From: Antedon mediterranea
Lineage: Eukaryota > Animalia > Echinodermata
DNA: 64,000 nt
Direction of reading: 5' to 3'
Assembly: GCF_964355755.1 (NCBI RefSeq)
Contig: NC_092675.1
Location: 4,707,812 to 4,771,811 of the forward strand
Under the pieces are notes generated by a model that was given only the letters and a program-made list of their open reading frames with translations, had not been told where the DNA came from and made no database searches. This document shows positions 12,601 through 26,765 of the stretch, in pieces. Position 1 is the stretch's first letter, and the number at the start of each line of letters is the position of its first letter. The position numbers and the translations under genes are program-made.

Positions 12601-15600
12601 CTTGATTAAAATTCAAAAACACTGCCTGACCTGACTATGCAAATAACATCCCACTGTTAATCTGTAAATAAAACAAATAAAACATAAATAAATATTATAT
12701 ATATTAATAATCAAATATTAATTTAAAAGCTAAAAAAAATGATACATATAGGTATTTAATTTCATAGTCTCCCAATGTTATATTACAATGCATGATTGGA
12801 CAAACATGACAGTACTTTAAATATACGAGTACAAACCAGCTAATAATTTTATACAATTAACTTCTAATGGCATTATATAGTGAATATAACTCTATGGTGC
12901 AGAGCACTTTAATAGTTCAACTACAATAATTATTTTAACGGTAAACTTCAAACAATAATCTGAAAGAGCAGCAGTTCAATGGAAGATACTAACAAATTAG
13001 AAACAATTCCCAATACTAAATTTGCATTAATACTGTCTATTTATATATGATTTAATGAATCGTTTTAAAGTTAATATGATAGGCTGTAACAAACTAACAT
13101 CTGTTTGTTATCTGTTATTTTAAGGCAATAATGATTTCAACTTTTAAGTTAATCTAATATACAGTATACGATATCAACAAATTTAGCATCATATATAAAG
13201 TACAAATTAGATTCATCAAGTACAGTATCAGTGTATCTGTCATATTTATTTGACAAACAATATCATGAACTAGATATCAACGCTAAGAAATTCCATCCAT
13301 ATTTTAAATAGTTGGCCTCTTATCAATTTCATAAATACATGCTTTCTAATCTATCGACCTCATCAACAACATTCAAAATGATAAGCATAAAACATTTTCA
13401 CAACATTCCCAATAGATTTGAAATGACTTAAAAACATTCTAGGCCTATGCTAGCAGGAATAAACATGGGGTTGAAACGTGCTGTTCCACGGATAAACCTG
13501 ATTGTACCCCTTGATGTGGTGTTGAGCACAGCATGATGTAACTCAACAACTTGTTATGTATTTTGTATATAGAGACTTGTTTACTGTTAGGAACAACTGA
13601 CAGTCGGTTCTCAATAATGTATGAACCTTTTACTATACTCTGGGTCATTGGTAAAATCATAGGTTTTTTCAGAAAAATGTTCACATACTGGTATGATTTA
13701 TAATGCTCAAAATGTACCTTTCAGCTATTAATGTACAGTCAATTCATACATTAACAAAACATTACTGACTTAATGTCAAATATGTGCAGTGCTTCCTTTC
13801 TGAATTTTCGTATTTTACACTGTCCATAGTCCATGTCCTGTTCCATTTTTTCCGAATTTTCCTATTTTACAATCCATGTCCTGTTCCATTTATGACACCT
13901 TCTTTTAAACACCACAAACTTACCCACTGCTCAATCCACCATCTAGATGCTCTAAATATATTTGTTTGCAAAAGCTTTAAAAACTTCTGAGTACATTATG
14001 AATCATTTGAAAACTTTCCTATAAATATGCAAAACTCAGACTGAATGAATGAGCAGAGGGAATACAGAATATGGATTACAAAATAAAAATTAAATAGCTG
14101 AACTGAATTAAAACAGCAAAAAATGCTCTGGGAAATTCATCTTCTCAATGTTCTATACTTAACTAAATTTCTAGCTATATGTACAGTAATGTGCTTTTGG
14201 TTGTAAAAGAATTAAAAATTGGATAATTTTTAGTGAACAGGTGAAAGTTCCATTGCCAAAATAAAACAGTACCCAGGGATAGGAATCTGATTCTGAACTT
14301 GGCTCATTCAGACCATACTCAGACTGACCTGGAGGAGGAATAGTAGACACACTTATATGGTAAGCACTATGGTATCTGGTGGGTAAACACTTTTATTTGG
14401 AAAATCTACAGTACTGCACAATAATTTACACTTTTTATGTTTATAAATTCCACTGAGAATATATGGTTGTACACTAGATAAATAATAATTAAATATACAA
14501 TGAAACATACAGTCACTGCCAAGTAAAATCCTGATTTTTGTTCATTTGCTAAAAATCAAGCAACAAGAAATTTATTGTTATAATTATCTTTCATTTCATT
14601 TAATAAAAAGAAGCCATCTGCAAGATAGCTCATCTATTCTCACTCAGCTGCTGATTCTTATAAAGATTAGTTTTAACTCTTCTATCTCATTAGAATAATG
14701 GGTTTTAATTTCCAAATTAGTAAAGGTTTTTTATTCTAAGTTGATGATATTTGCAAAAATATTCCCATGGTAATAATGATATATGAAGCCTAAATTAATT
14801 GGTATAGTTAGAATTAGTTCATTTGTTAAATCAAGTAGGAAGCAAGCTAATTCCTCCATTCTTTGAAAACATACAGAAAAGATTGGTTCAATGGCGAGAA
14901 AGTTCTGGTATGGTAACATTAATCCCTTAAAGCTTTACCAGTATGGGTTCCAGTCAACATAAAGCTCTTTAATCCTCTCTCAACAAGAGATTACCTCTCT
15001 TAACATCTTAGCTTTTCTATGAGATTTACTATCAGTAACAGTTATATAAGTAGTCTTTTGTTTTTAGTAGGAATTTACATTCCTATTTTTGTATTTTCTC
15101 TTTTTTATTGTTATATTTTGTTTCTTTGGACGCACCTTCACAAGTTGAAGTATGCCACTGATAAAAAAGTGCAGTGTTAATAAATTATTATTATTATTAA
15201 CAGTTACACAAAATTTAGAATAACATTTACAAAAATCAAATCCAAAAATAAACTACTAAAAGCTATGCTAAAAATAGTAATGATGGTGACCATGTAAGAT
15301 CTTAACAAACCCATTACAGCTACCATTTGTGTACACTTCAAGAGGTCAAAACGATTAATTAGATGAGATGTGTATGTTTAAGAAATAGTACAAATATCCA
15401 TGGACATTTTAATTGTCATGAATGTAGGTGTGTTGTAGGGTCAATAGAAATGGCATTTATGCGTGTAGTTTGATTGCGATTTTTTTCTTAGAATATGAAC
15501 AAGTAAATTTTCCCTAGGTTTTTCCAATCATCTTAAATTAGAAATACTTTTTTAGACAGACCTGTAGTATTTTTTTTCTTAATATAAACAAATCTGTTTA

Positions 15601-15919
15601 GGAGTTCATTGCCATTTGTACTTTTTTCTTGTTATAGTGATGCGATTTCAGCCAACCAGTGAAATTATCTTCAAGAAGCCAAATTGTGAAGTAATATATG
15701 TATGCTGTTATTATAAAAAATTATACCTTGGATGAATACTTGTAACATAGTAGCAAAAAACATCAACTTTAGATCAATACCCCATTTTAACCGATCACAT
15801 ACCACAGTAGCCTGACCTATCTCAGGCTCAATGATGCTTGTAACCGATCAGCTAAGCCCAGCTGTGTTATCTTCTAAAATCATCTAATTCATTGTCGTAA
15901 AACCCTGAACAGATTGTGT

Positions 15920-16075
15920 TCAGGTTGACACTCTGCGGCGTATTTCATCTTCTTCCTCCTCAGCAAGTCGGTCATTGAGCATGACCAGGATAGGGTTTAC
16001 TCTCTCCGCACGTCCTATTCGAGCAATGTTATTCCCTTTCAATGCCTCAGGTGTTTTCTTCACTACATTAACCAT
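15920..16075 (-). CDS. 51-aa small ORF in a probable 5' leader exon (15727-16103)
   Basis: aaggATGG Kozak context. MVNVVKKTPEALKGNNIARIGRAERVNPILVMLNDRLAEEEEDEIRRRVST*. Bracketed by acceptor ttattttaag (16105-16104) and donor CAAG|gtataa (15726). Coding-like composition against AT-rich flanks. Confidence 0.5.
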   Translation of the reverse strand: MVNVVKKTPEALKGNNIARIGRAERVNPILVMLNDRLAEEEEDEIRRRVST

Positions 16076-19000
16076 CCTTGTGATTTGATATCAATACTAC
16101 GATCTTAAAATAAATCTGGCATATGCTATGAGATATGGAATTATACCCTGTGTTAAAATATCATGAATGAGAAAATAATCAGGAACAAGTATTTTCCCAC
16201 AGGATAGTATCCCATTCTATTATGATTTCATAAAAAAAAAATTGAACAATACATATATAAAAGTTCATGTGCAAAATCACATGACAATGATGAAAGTATT
16301 TTGTGTGATTGATCTAAACTGGGTACGGTTAAGGAATATGAAATGACTACATAAATTTATACCACAAACTAGTAGAAACTAATTATGAATTTTACGATGA
16401 AATATAGATAATAAAGTACTGTATATGACTTTGTTGATATGAAGAAATTTGGAGGGGGGGGGGGGGAGAATTTTGTAACAATTCAACTGAGCCTGGTAAA
16501 AAGTTACTTTATTGTACAAATAATATAGTCTACTTGAGACAGAATACTTTACCAACAATTTATCTGAAAAGGAATAGCACCATTATTACTGATGTGAAAA
16601 ACTTGACTCCAGGGATTTTAATGGTACCCACTTCATGATTTGTAATTTATAGAAATAACTCGCAATCATGACAAAAAATTATTCTGTAAAAAGGTCAATG
16701 TATACCTCTAAGGTCATGATCAAACTACACTAAAAATCACTTTGAATTGATTTGAAATTCTTTTCTTCACAGAAAGCGCATCACACATCACAGTTTGTAT
16801 TCTCATGGCATTCAAATTTTCATTTAGAATAAGGATATCTCGGTTTTAGTAGAGATATCTACCCATCGTATGCGTATGTACACTGCAGTGTGAACAAAAC
16901 TAGGGTATAATCAAAGATACAATAGCTCTGTTTAAGAAGCTGAACAAATGAATTGTTCAATTGTAATTTGTACAATACAATGTTCCTTCTTCTTTATTGA
17001 GTCTCCTGTTTTGTATTTCTTTGAAAATGTTAAAGTGATAATGGAAATAACAGTAATTAAATTGGCAGGTAGAAATGACCATTAGCACTGGTGGAGAAAC
17101 TTCTTTTATAAATCTTTTCTTCAACCAGGTACTGTAGTACACTACTATACATACTAACTTTCCATGAATTAATAAGAAGTCTAAATCTATGAACTGCTGC
17201 TGTGGCCAGATTGGTTGTCAAAGTTCATCAATAAAGTCTTTTTGTACATGTTGTGGGTTCACATTATCCAGGCCTAGATATTTTTTTTGCCCAACTTACT
17301 CAAAATGTTAGAAATGAAAGTGTGACGTTTCTTTTAAAAATTCAAGTTCATTATTAATTTCCACATGACTCATTTGTATTTCTTTTAAAATAATTATTTT
17401 GCTACTTAAACAATTAAAAAAAAAATATATACAAAATTGTAATTAAAGCAACAAAAAATGATATAATACCATTTAATACCACAATTCATAACCACAAAAT
17501 ATAATGTATTAACATCAAAATATAATGTACCAACATCAAAAATGTGTTTATGAATCATTTATAAAGATCAAATGTAATTTGTTTAGACAGTAGTCATGCC
17601 AGCAATATACAACAATTATAAAAACAAATGTTGCTATATAAATGATAATAGTTCTTGACAGAGAGCATGACAATTTGTAAATAGTATACTGCCACTGAAT
17701 TTTAGTGACCATGACCGAATCTCACACAGGTATCATTCTTCAAATAATTGAACAAAAGTATTCAGACAAAATACAACAATCCTTAACAGACAATTCTGAC
17801 AGTTAATGTACCAACTGAATGATCTATCTAGATCATTAATTCCTTCATTGATTATTTATTACATTTAAAAAAAAAACATTCAAAATATATAAAATGTATT
17901 GTACAGTAGTAATACTTCATACACAATTAGGCATAATTTATATAATAATATCCATATTTATTCAATATGTAATAAAATAAAAACAAAAATAATATACAGT
18001 AATATTAGCCAAAAAAGCAACAATTGTGGTAGCCTCTGTTAAATTGCCATGAGAGAGATGTAAGTTAGTTTCAATAAATTCTCTTCACTCTACAAATATT
18101 ATTACTTAATTCCTTATTAAAACCTTTCTAATTCTGGAACAGTACCCCATCCATTATACCCTTTAAATCTTATTGGTGGTAGTATTTTCATTACTGCCAT
18201 ACATTTGCCGCATTTATCTATGTTTAAACTGACTGATGGCCAAGTATTTTAGTTTGCAAGCAAATTATGTTGGCGCCGAAAAAGTACATTTAAAAAGATA
18301 TGATCAAAATGTTTGCAGTTGATAAGACAGATTTACCAGTCAGTCCTTTTTAAAAACCTAAATGTAATTGTACCTGTATCATACATTTCACTTTACAAAC
18401 TTTTTCAAATTGTAATCTGATCATGGTTTTTGTTCAAACACTATTCAACATAAATCAGATCATGACATTATAAACTTTGAAACTTTTGTAAACTATAAAA
18501 AATCTAAAGATATCAACAGGACACATATTTACTGAACATAAAACCTGCTTTTCTTCAACCCAGATCCCCACAAAAATGTATCTTATTTATTAGTATGTAG
18601 TATATACTACATACTGACATACTGTCAACTTTACAGTAGAAAAAATGAATTAACAGAATGCTTATTAGTATTACTATTTATTAGTCAACCGAACTAAAGT
18701 ATTAAAAGCTACTTTTGTTCACCCGTTTATTACCACTTCTCGCAAGGCCAAAGTTGTAGTAGTATATTTTTAGATATTTATAGAAACATAGTAATTCCTC
18801 ATATCCTCTTGATCATAAACCAATTTATTGAAAAGTATATCAATCAGGTCAAAGAATTCTGAGAAGTTAGTGCTCAAAGAGTAAAAATGAATATGACGAA
18901 TTAATTACTGCTGCTGTAAATGACTTGTTTTCATCTGAAAATTCTACACACTGTTTTTATTTATAATTCATTCATTAATTTAGGTCATTTTTTAACTTAC

Positions 19001-20388
19001 TTTATATTTTTTCCAGAGTAACCAATTTCTTTATTTCCCTCTAAGTTTCACTTTTATTTATTTAATTTCTTTCTAAACAATTCTGATATAAAATACAATT
19101 TTTTTATGATTTGCTTCTTTCTGTTTCTTTGTTGTTATCTTAAATTTGTGAAAAAAAAAAATGATGGTGAGCATTCTTCAATTTAGAATTTGTTGGCCTT
19201 ACTATAAAATAACTATTCTACGAAAGTTTATATCATTCTGTACGGACTGACCAACCAACCTGGGTTAATCATTTCCCGCTGACTTTCCCCATCTGTCAAC
19301 GGAGTAGACTCAACAGTACCTGGGGATTCCTATACGTATGCCTATCTTTAAGAAAATATGACGTTTACAGTAATATGCAGGGGAACAACTGTGAAGAAAA
19401 TACAAAATCCATTTTAAAATGGACATTTATTTCATCAAAATGTCAGTAACAGGAAATAAAATAAGCAAACAGAAGAACAGTACTTTCAACAAATAAACTG
19501 GAAAAAAAACTATGCACTTTTACTTTACTTGTTAACGTTCTTTTGCCAAAATAACCAAGTTTAATTGTTAAGGATGTTGATGTCTAATTATACACTACTT
19601 AACAGTCAATTGGAAACTATTGAATTGTTATGTCAAATCCACTGAAGGTTATGATATAATACTTTCTAATTTATCTGTCGATAAATAGTACGATAGGTCA
19701 CTAAAAGTAAACATGCTTTTCTTCTATTTATCTTGAAACCTAACCAGGGAGTTGTAAAATAATTGCTGAATAAATAATAATATTTATCTCCCTCTGCTAA
19801 CCATCATCACCTTCACATAACAAGATTCTTATTTTACCTGGTTTCCATTTTCTTTGTTATTTATTATTGTAAATTCACAAGTTTTTTCAAACTTTATTAA
19901 TAGAATGATTTATATTATTACGAACTTTTAACATTCTTCTGAAATCAGCAAAAACTACTGAAAACAAAGTGAACAGCATTTCAATCTCACTGTGTTCTTT
20001 CTATTAAATAATAACTAATATATTTCAATGAAGAATGTGGGTGTACCTTATTAGTACTGTTGTATCAAATAATATAATATGGATTAGTAAAAGGAAGCAA
20101 CTGGTCAAAGCCAAGGATGAAGTCATGGGAAGTGCACATTCTTGATATAGCCCAAGGCTACACTCAGGTCGACCTTGGAATTACATTGAAAAAACTTAAA
20201 TTTTAAACCCATTTATAAATCAAATTAGGATAAAAAAACCAAGCATAGTTGAGATGTAGGCATACTACGACTTTAAAAAACTGAACAAATATTCCCTGAA
20301 GAATGTGAAAAGTTGTACACAGTTTTACCGGTATCTAGTTTTTCAAAGTTGTATACAAATACAAACTAACTAAATCTGTAGGTCTCAT

Positions 20389-21197
20389 GGGCCTGTTTCT
20401 GCTGCAACTGCTCAAAATACGATATAAAAATACGGTATAAAATACGGTATTTTTTATACCGTATTTTTTAGTACCCCGTTTCTGCTAACAATACTTCTTG
20501 GGTGGTCGTGTTAAATTTCATCTTTTTTACCCAAATTGCCATTCATTTATTTGATCGATAATTAAAAGTCGCAATAAAGGAAGTTTTACGTCTCACTTTC
20601 AACAGCCTAGCCCTAGTGATAGAGATGCGAGAGCACAGAAAACATCGTAATGGGGACAATTAATTCGTTCCCTCCCCGAGTTATTGTATTTTGCAATGTT
20701 GTACTGCTTTCGCAGGCTCTTCAGCTTTGAGTTTACTTGCTTTGGAGACAAGTCTATTCCATACTCCTGCTTTATTTTTTTAGAAATGTCTTTATAAATG
20801 TGGTTGTCCCTTTAATTACCTTTTAGTTGGCCAGACATTTTAGCTTCCCCACACACATTTATTTAGTAAAACTGTGACGTCTTCGCTCCACATTTTTGCC
20901 GAATATATCTATACACGTGTGTAAAGCAGCTGACAGCGACAGAAAATAAAAACACGAATGTTGACCTTTTGTCATGTAAAAAAAAAATACGGTATTTTTT
21001 ATTGGCAGCAGAAACGGGTACAAAAAATACGGTATAAATTTGTAAATACCACAAATTTTGTGGGGAAAATACGGTATACAAAATACGGTATATTTTTTAT
21101 GAACGCAGTTTCTGCTGCCAAAAATAAACCGTATATATACGGTATTAAAAAAATACCGTATGATATACGGTATTTAGTTGGCAGCAGAAACAGGGCC
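20389..21197. mobile_element. Non-autonomous TIR DNA transposon (PIF/Harbinger-like MITE), copy 1
   Basis: TIRs GGGCCTGTTTCTGCTGC / GCAGCAGAAACAGGGCC, many subterminal ATACGGTAT/ATACCGTAT motifs, and near-identity to 24834-25655. Confidence 0.9.
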
Positions 21198-24100
21198 ATA
21201 GAAGCAGCATAATAAAATAAAAAAATCACAGAAAGCTAAATGAAACAACCCTATCTTAACATTTACAATATATTATAGATTTTTACTGTATGACCATAAA
21301 TTAATAGTATATAATTACTGTATATATAATATTTATAGCATTAACAATTTCATAAAAAAATAAACAATCAAAATTAACAATTTATAACTCAATATTTTCA
21401 CATTCTTATCTGTAGGAAATCTACCATAATAAAACTATATTCCATTTGAGAAAGAAAAAAAAAATTGACAAATAGTTGACTGAATGTTGTACAGTATGGT
21501 AAGTCACAAAACACACCATAAATCTTAATGATGACCTCATAAAGATGACCTCTACAGCATTTGCAAGATTCCTAACAATAAAAAAAACACTTAATATATT
21601 AATACCACTACTATATTACCCAAAACAAGGAAATTGCCATAAAATACCAAAACCATACATTTTGTGACAACCAAGCAAAAGTTTAATTCATTACTTTATT
21701 ATACTGTTTGATACAATACAAAGAAAGTATTTATTTAAAAAAAAAAATTGTTGGGAAAAAGGTGTAAAACTAGAAGGATAGACAAAATTGCAATAAATAG
21801 GGGCGGGGGGGGGGGGGGGGGGAGTCTAGATTTGAGAGAGAAATGAAGGGAAGCTGAGTCAGACAGAGGACACTCAGTAATTTATTACACACTTGAGTTT
21901 GGGTACTTATCCACAGTCCACACAACACAGATCCTATTATGTTCGGAAATGTAAACGCTGCACTGAACACTTTGTTTAGGGAAGGAGGACTTGACAATGT
22001 TCTCTGCATGGTTTCCAGAAAGCATGTTTGTAACTAACTAACTAACAAGTTTGATAAACTCAATCTAGGTATGTTTTTACCTAAAAGAATCTGAAAACAT
22101 CCATGCTCTTGATTAAGTATTAGTAACATTGCACTTGTCTCTCAACAGCAAACAATTGGTGGTATCCCTAATAATTTAAAAGGTGTGATACTGCTACCAT
22201 GAACGATAATCAAACTTAATAATATATAATAGACACCCTGGGACTGAAACACTACCTTTTACAAGAGGTACAAACCGAAAAAATTTAAACTTGTCTTATA
22301 AAAATAGTCCCTGTCATAAATTTCTAGCGATCGCAACATGTTACCATGCTTGATGGGTTTCTACATGTGTTTTGCAGATCAAAACGATTAAACATAACAA
22401 TTTTCACAGATCACTTATATCTATTACAGGATCAGGTGAATTATTGATGCCAAGTAAACGTCTGCAAACAAATGATTGGTCAGAACAGTTACAAATTGGT
22501 TCTGAATTATGTAACCTTGTAATGCAAAGGTATTATACAGTACAATTGCAGACAATAAAGCTCCAAGCGACATAGTGTAATGACCAACGTGAGGTTTACG
22601 ATATTTGGGAGTGATTTTTTAAAATGAAGGTAAATTTGATTATGTAAAGCCACCTACTGGCTAAATAAAATTAGGCCATCCAGGCCAGTCTATATAGCTG
22701 GATCAACACGTGATATTGTATTTTAAATATTTTATTTAAAATCTGTCATTAAAATTACAAAACTTTGTATGCGACATGAGGATAGTTTGCACAAAGAATC
22801 TCTAGCAATCCAAAATATATAATTCTTACAATTTTAAATATTTACACAAATGTTAAAATATTTGTTGACTGTGTGGCTTAGACCGTAGGGAACGTTTAAA
22901 ATATTAGCTCCCAGGTACGTCACTCCCCACCCACCATGATACCAGACTTTGCTATGACCGCAGGTGATTCTAAAAAATACTTTGGTGGTGTAAACAAACT
23001 TTGATATTAATTGAATATTACATTAACAAATATGGCACTATCTAGATGTAAAGAAATGGTATTTTAATACTTTTGATACAATGACATTTAAAAGTTATAA
23101 TACTTTAATCACATTAATTATTATTATACTTTATTTGATATATTTTAATGACTTCTACATTTTGATGACATTTTAAGTAAAATAATAATGACATTATCAA
23201 GGGGAAAATGGATGTGCATTATAATTAACACATTAATATTAAATAATCTTATTATATTTCTTGAACTGTAAATATATACAGTACATAATACCACCTTTCT
23301 TAATTGTGTATGAGCAGGAGAAGTATACTGTAGAGGATCATACAGTTTGTGAAGTAACAAACTTGAGAGAAAGGGAAGGTGTGGTCTATTATGAATATGA
23401 ACACTTTTCAACAATAAATTAATAATATTATAATTTTAAATTGATGATTCAATAATCACAAGACTATAAAATAATAATGTATTATTAATAATTAGCTTAA
23501 GGTTTTCTTCAATTTCATAATGGAATAATTGGCCTGTGTTACTCTCTTGGGCGCTATTGGTCAGTGTTTCCTTTACCTAAATTTCAATGTCAAAGGTCAT
23601 CCATAAAAAAAAATGGTTTCATTTTCAATACAATAATCCTACATTAATGCAGGAAAAGGGATAAATACACACATACTAATGAAATAGTTTTTTTTACATT
23701 ACATTAATAATTTATTTAAAATACTGTATATACCTAATACTATCTTTTAACAGTGTCAGTGATAATATTAAGAGATAAATCATAAAATATACTGCTATGT
23801 ATAATAACAATATGTTATGAACATAATAACTATACAAAACAAACAATTTGTGCTACTTCAAAATTAATGCTATATATAAATTAATATCAAATCATAAACC
23901 AATACATAAATTGTACCTAATAATATGATTGATGGCTTTCACTATCACAACTTTTACAAGTGAACATATTACATTGGATACTATAATACTGTATACATAC
24001 AGTACTTACCATATTGTAAGTAAGCAAGCAAATGTATTAATTCAAACTAAAACTATGAATCCATAAAGCAATATGTCCATTGAAAATAATCCAAAACATG

Positions 24101-24833
24101 AAGACTTCAATCTATGAACTGCAAAATTTATTTAGTATATCCTCTACTGTACTGTACTTTATAACCACATTGTACTGCTTTCAAATATTTCTGTACGAGA
24201 AGAAGCTCTTCAAGTTAATACCTCTGAACTATTACAACAAAACACATAAGGCTTTGTAACTCCACCTTTTATAAACCATCCAATAAGATTCGTTGGATTT
24301 AGAGTTTATCTTATGAATATTTATGAGTTACCCACAAAGTGCTTACATCACACCAAGTTCATTCAAGCATGACAGTTTAAATACTTTCTGTTTTAGTTTG
24401 TGGTTTGTAACATAAATAAATAGCATAACTAGAGAAACACAAATTGTTCATTTTTAATGAAGAACACAATGAGTAATCCATAATATTTATTTTCAAACTT
24501 TTACCACATACTGGTTCTATTTTATTGAAATTAAAACGTGATTCTTTTTTTCCTTTCTAAACATTCCTGGTTTATGAATCACAGGTGATAAGTGCGAATT
24601 GTAAATACCATTACTATGTAATACCAACCACTCAAAGCCACAAAATCAATAAATAATCATATCTAATACTTGTTTATATTGCTACAGAATGGGATATGCC
24701 AGAATATAATAGTTTGGGTTTAAAGTTGACTGACACCAAGTACAAAATCTGTGCTGTCAATACCAAACACTTTATCCTCCCGACCCTCTTTAAAATTTGG
24801 CAAATTAATGGCACAGTAGTTGCATATAACTAA

Positions 24834-25655
24834 GGGCCTGTTTCTGCTGCAACTGCTCAAAATACGGTATAAAAATACGGTATAAAATACGGTATTTTTT
24901 ATACCGTATTTTTTAGTACCCCGTTTCTGCTAACAATACTTCTTGGGTGGTCGTGTTAAATTTCATCTTTTTTACCCAAATTGCCATTCATTTATTTGAT
25001 CGATAATTAAAAGTCGCAATAAAGGAAGTTTTACGTCTCACTTTCAACAGCCTAGCTCTAGTGATAGAGATGTTGTGAGAGCACAGAAAACATCGTAATG
25101 GGGACAATAATTCGTTCCCTCCCCGAGTTATTGTATTTTGCAATGTTGTACTGCTTTCGCAGGCTCTTCAGCTTTCAGTTTACTTGCTTTGGAGACAAGT
25201 CTATTCCATACTCCTGCTTTATTTTTTTAGAAATGTCTTTATAAATGTGGTTGTCCCTTTTATTACCTTTTCGTTGGCCAGACATTTTAGCTTCCCCACA
25301 CACATTTATTTAGTAAAACTGTGACGTCTTCGCTCCACATTTTCGCCGAATATATCTATACACGTGTGTAAAGCAGCTGACAGCGACAGAAAATAAAAAC
25401 ACGAATGTTGACCTTTTGTCATGTAAAAAAAAAATACGGTATTTTTTATTGGCAGCAGAAACGGGTACAAAAAATACGGTATAAATTTGTAAATACCGTA
25501 TTTTATCCACAAATTTTGTGGGGAAAATACGGTATACAAAATACGGTATATTTTTTATGAGCGCAGTTTCTGCTGCCAAAAATATACCGTATATATACAG
25601 TATTAAAAAAATACCGTATAATATACGGTATTTAGTTGGCAGCAGAAACAGGGCC
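24834..25655. mobile_element. Non-autonomous TIR DNA transposon (PIF/Harbinger-like MITE), copy 2
   Basis: Same TIRs and body as copy 1, with a perfect TAA target-site duplication (24831-33, 25656-58). Confidence 0.9.
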
Positions 25656-25984
25656 TAAGAAGAAAAAGGTAAAGGAATTGGATGGAAGCGGGTAACTTAA
25701 TTACTGTATAAGACTCAAGTATAATCCCAGGCCTGATTATAGTCCCACCCCCTAATTGTAGACAAAATTCATATTCCATTATTAATCCAATCGGAGTGTA
25801 ATCCATCCCACTAAGTTGATCCAAATTTCATGGACTATTTTAGTTATTACAGTACTGTAGTTAATACAAAGACAACAAGTTGAGGAGATCATACTGTAGA
25901 TCAGATTGAACCATTGTTGCAACATCCTATTAAATAATTAATATAACTTTTCTTACATGCTTAACTCATGGGATATGGTTGATC

Positions 25985-26765
25985 ACATACACACAAACAA
26001 TATCTCACACAAACAATATGAACCATATCTCACATACACACAATATGAACCACACATAAACACAATATGAACCATATATCACATAAACACAATATGAACC
26101 ATATATCACATAAACACAATATGAACCATATCTCACATAAACACAATATGAACCATATCTCACATAAACACAATATGAACCATATCTCACATACACACAA
26201 TATGAACCATATATCACATAAACACAATAAACCATATCTCACATAAACACAATATGAACCATATCTCACATAAACACAATATGAACCATATCTCACATAC
26301 ACACAATATGAACCATATCTCACATAAACACAATATGAACCATATCTCACATACACACAATATGAACCATATCTCACATACACACAATATGAACCATATC
26401 TCACATACACACAATATGAACCATATATCACATAAACACAATATGAACCATATCTCACATAAACACAATATGAACCATATCTCACATAAACACAATATGA
26501 ACCACACATACACACAATATGAACCATATCTCACATACACACAATATGAACCATATATCACATAAACACAATATGAACCATATCTCACATAAACACAATA
26601 TGAACCATATCTCACATAAACACAATATGAACCATATCTCACATACACACAATATGAACCATATCTCACATAAACACAATATGAACCATATCTCACATAA
26701 ACACAATATGAACCATATCTCACATACACACAATATGAATCATATATCATATACACAATATGAAC
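25985..26765. repeat. 27-bp minisatellite, about 29 units
   Basis: Tandem CACAATATGAACCATAT(C/A)TCACATA(A/C)A with two shortened units. Explains the spurious YGSYCVYVR/HNMNHISHK ORFs. Confidence 0.95.

Noticed and set aside
20863-21229. ORFs inside the ~815-bp MITEs (also 25306-25579)
   Set aside because: They arise from ATACGGTAT subterminal repeats and have no transposase motifs.
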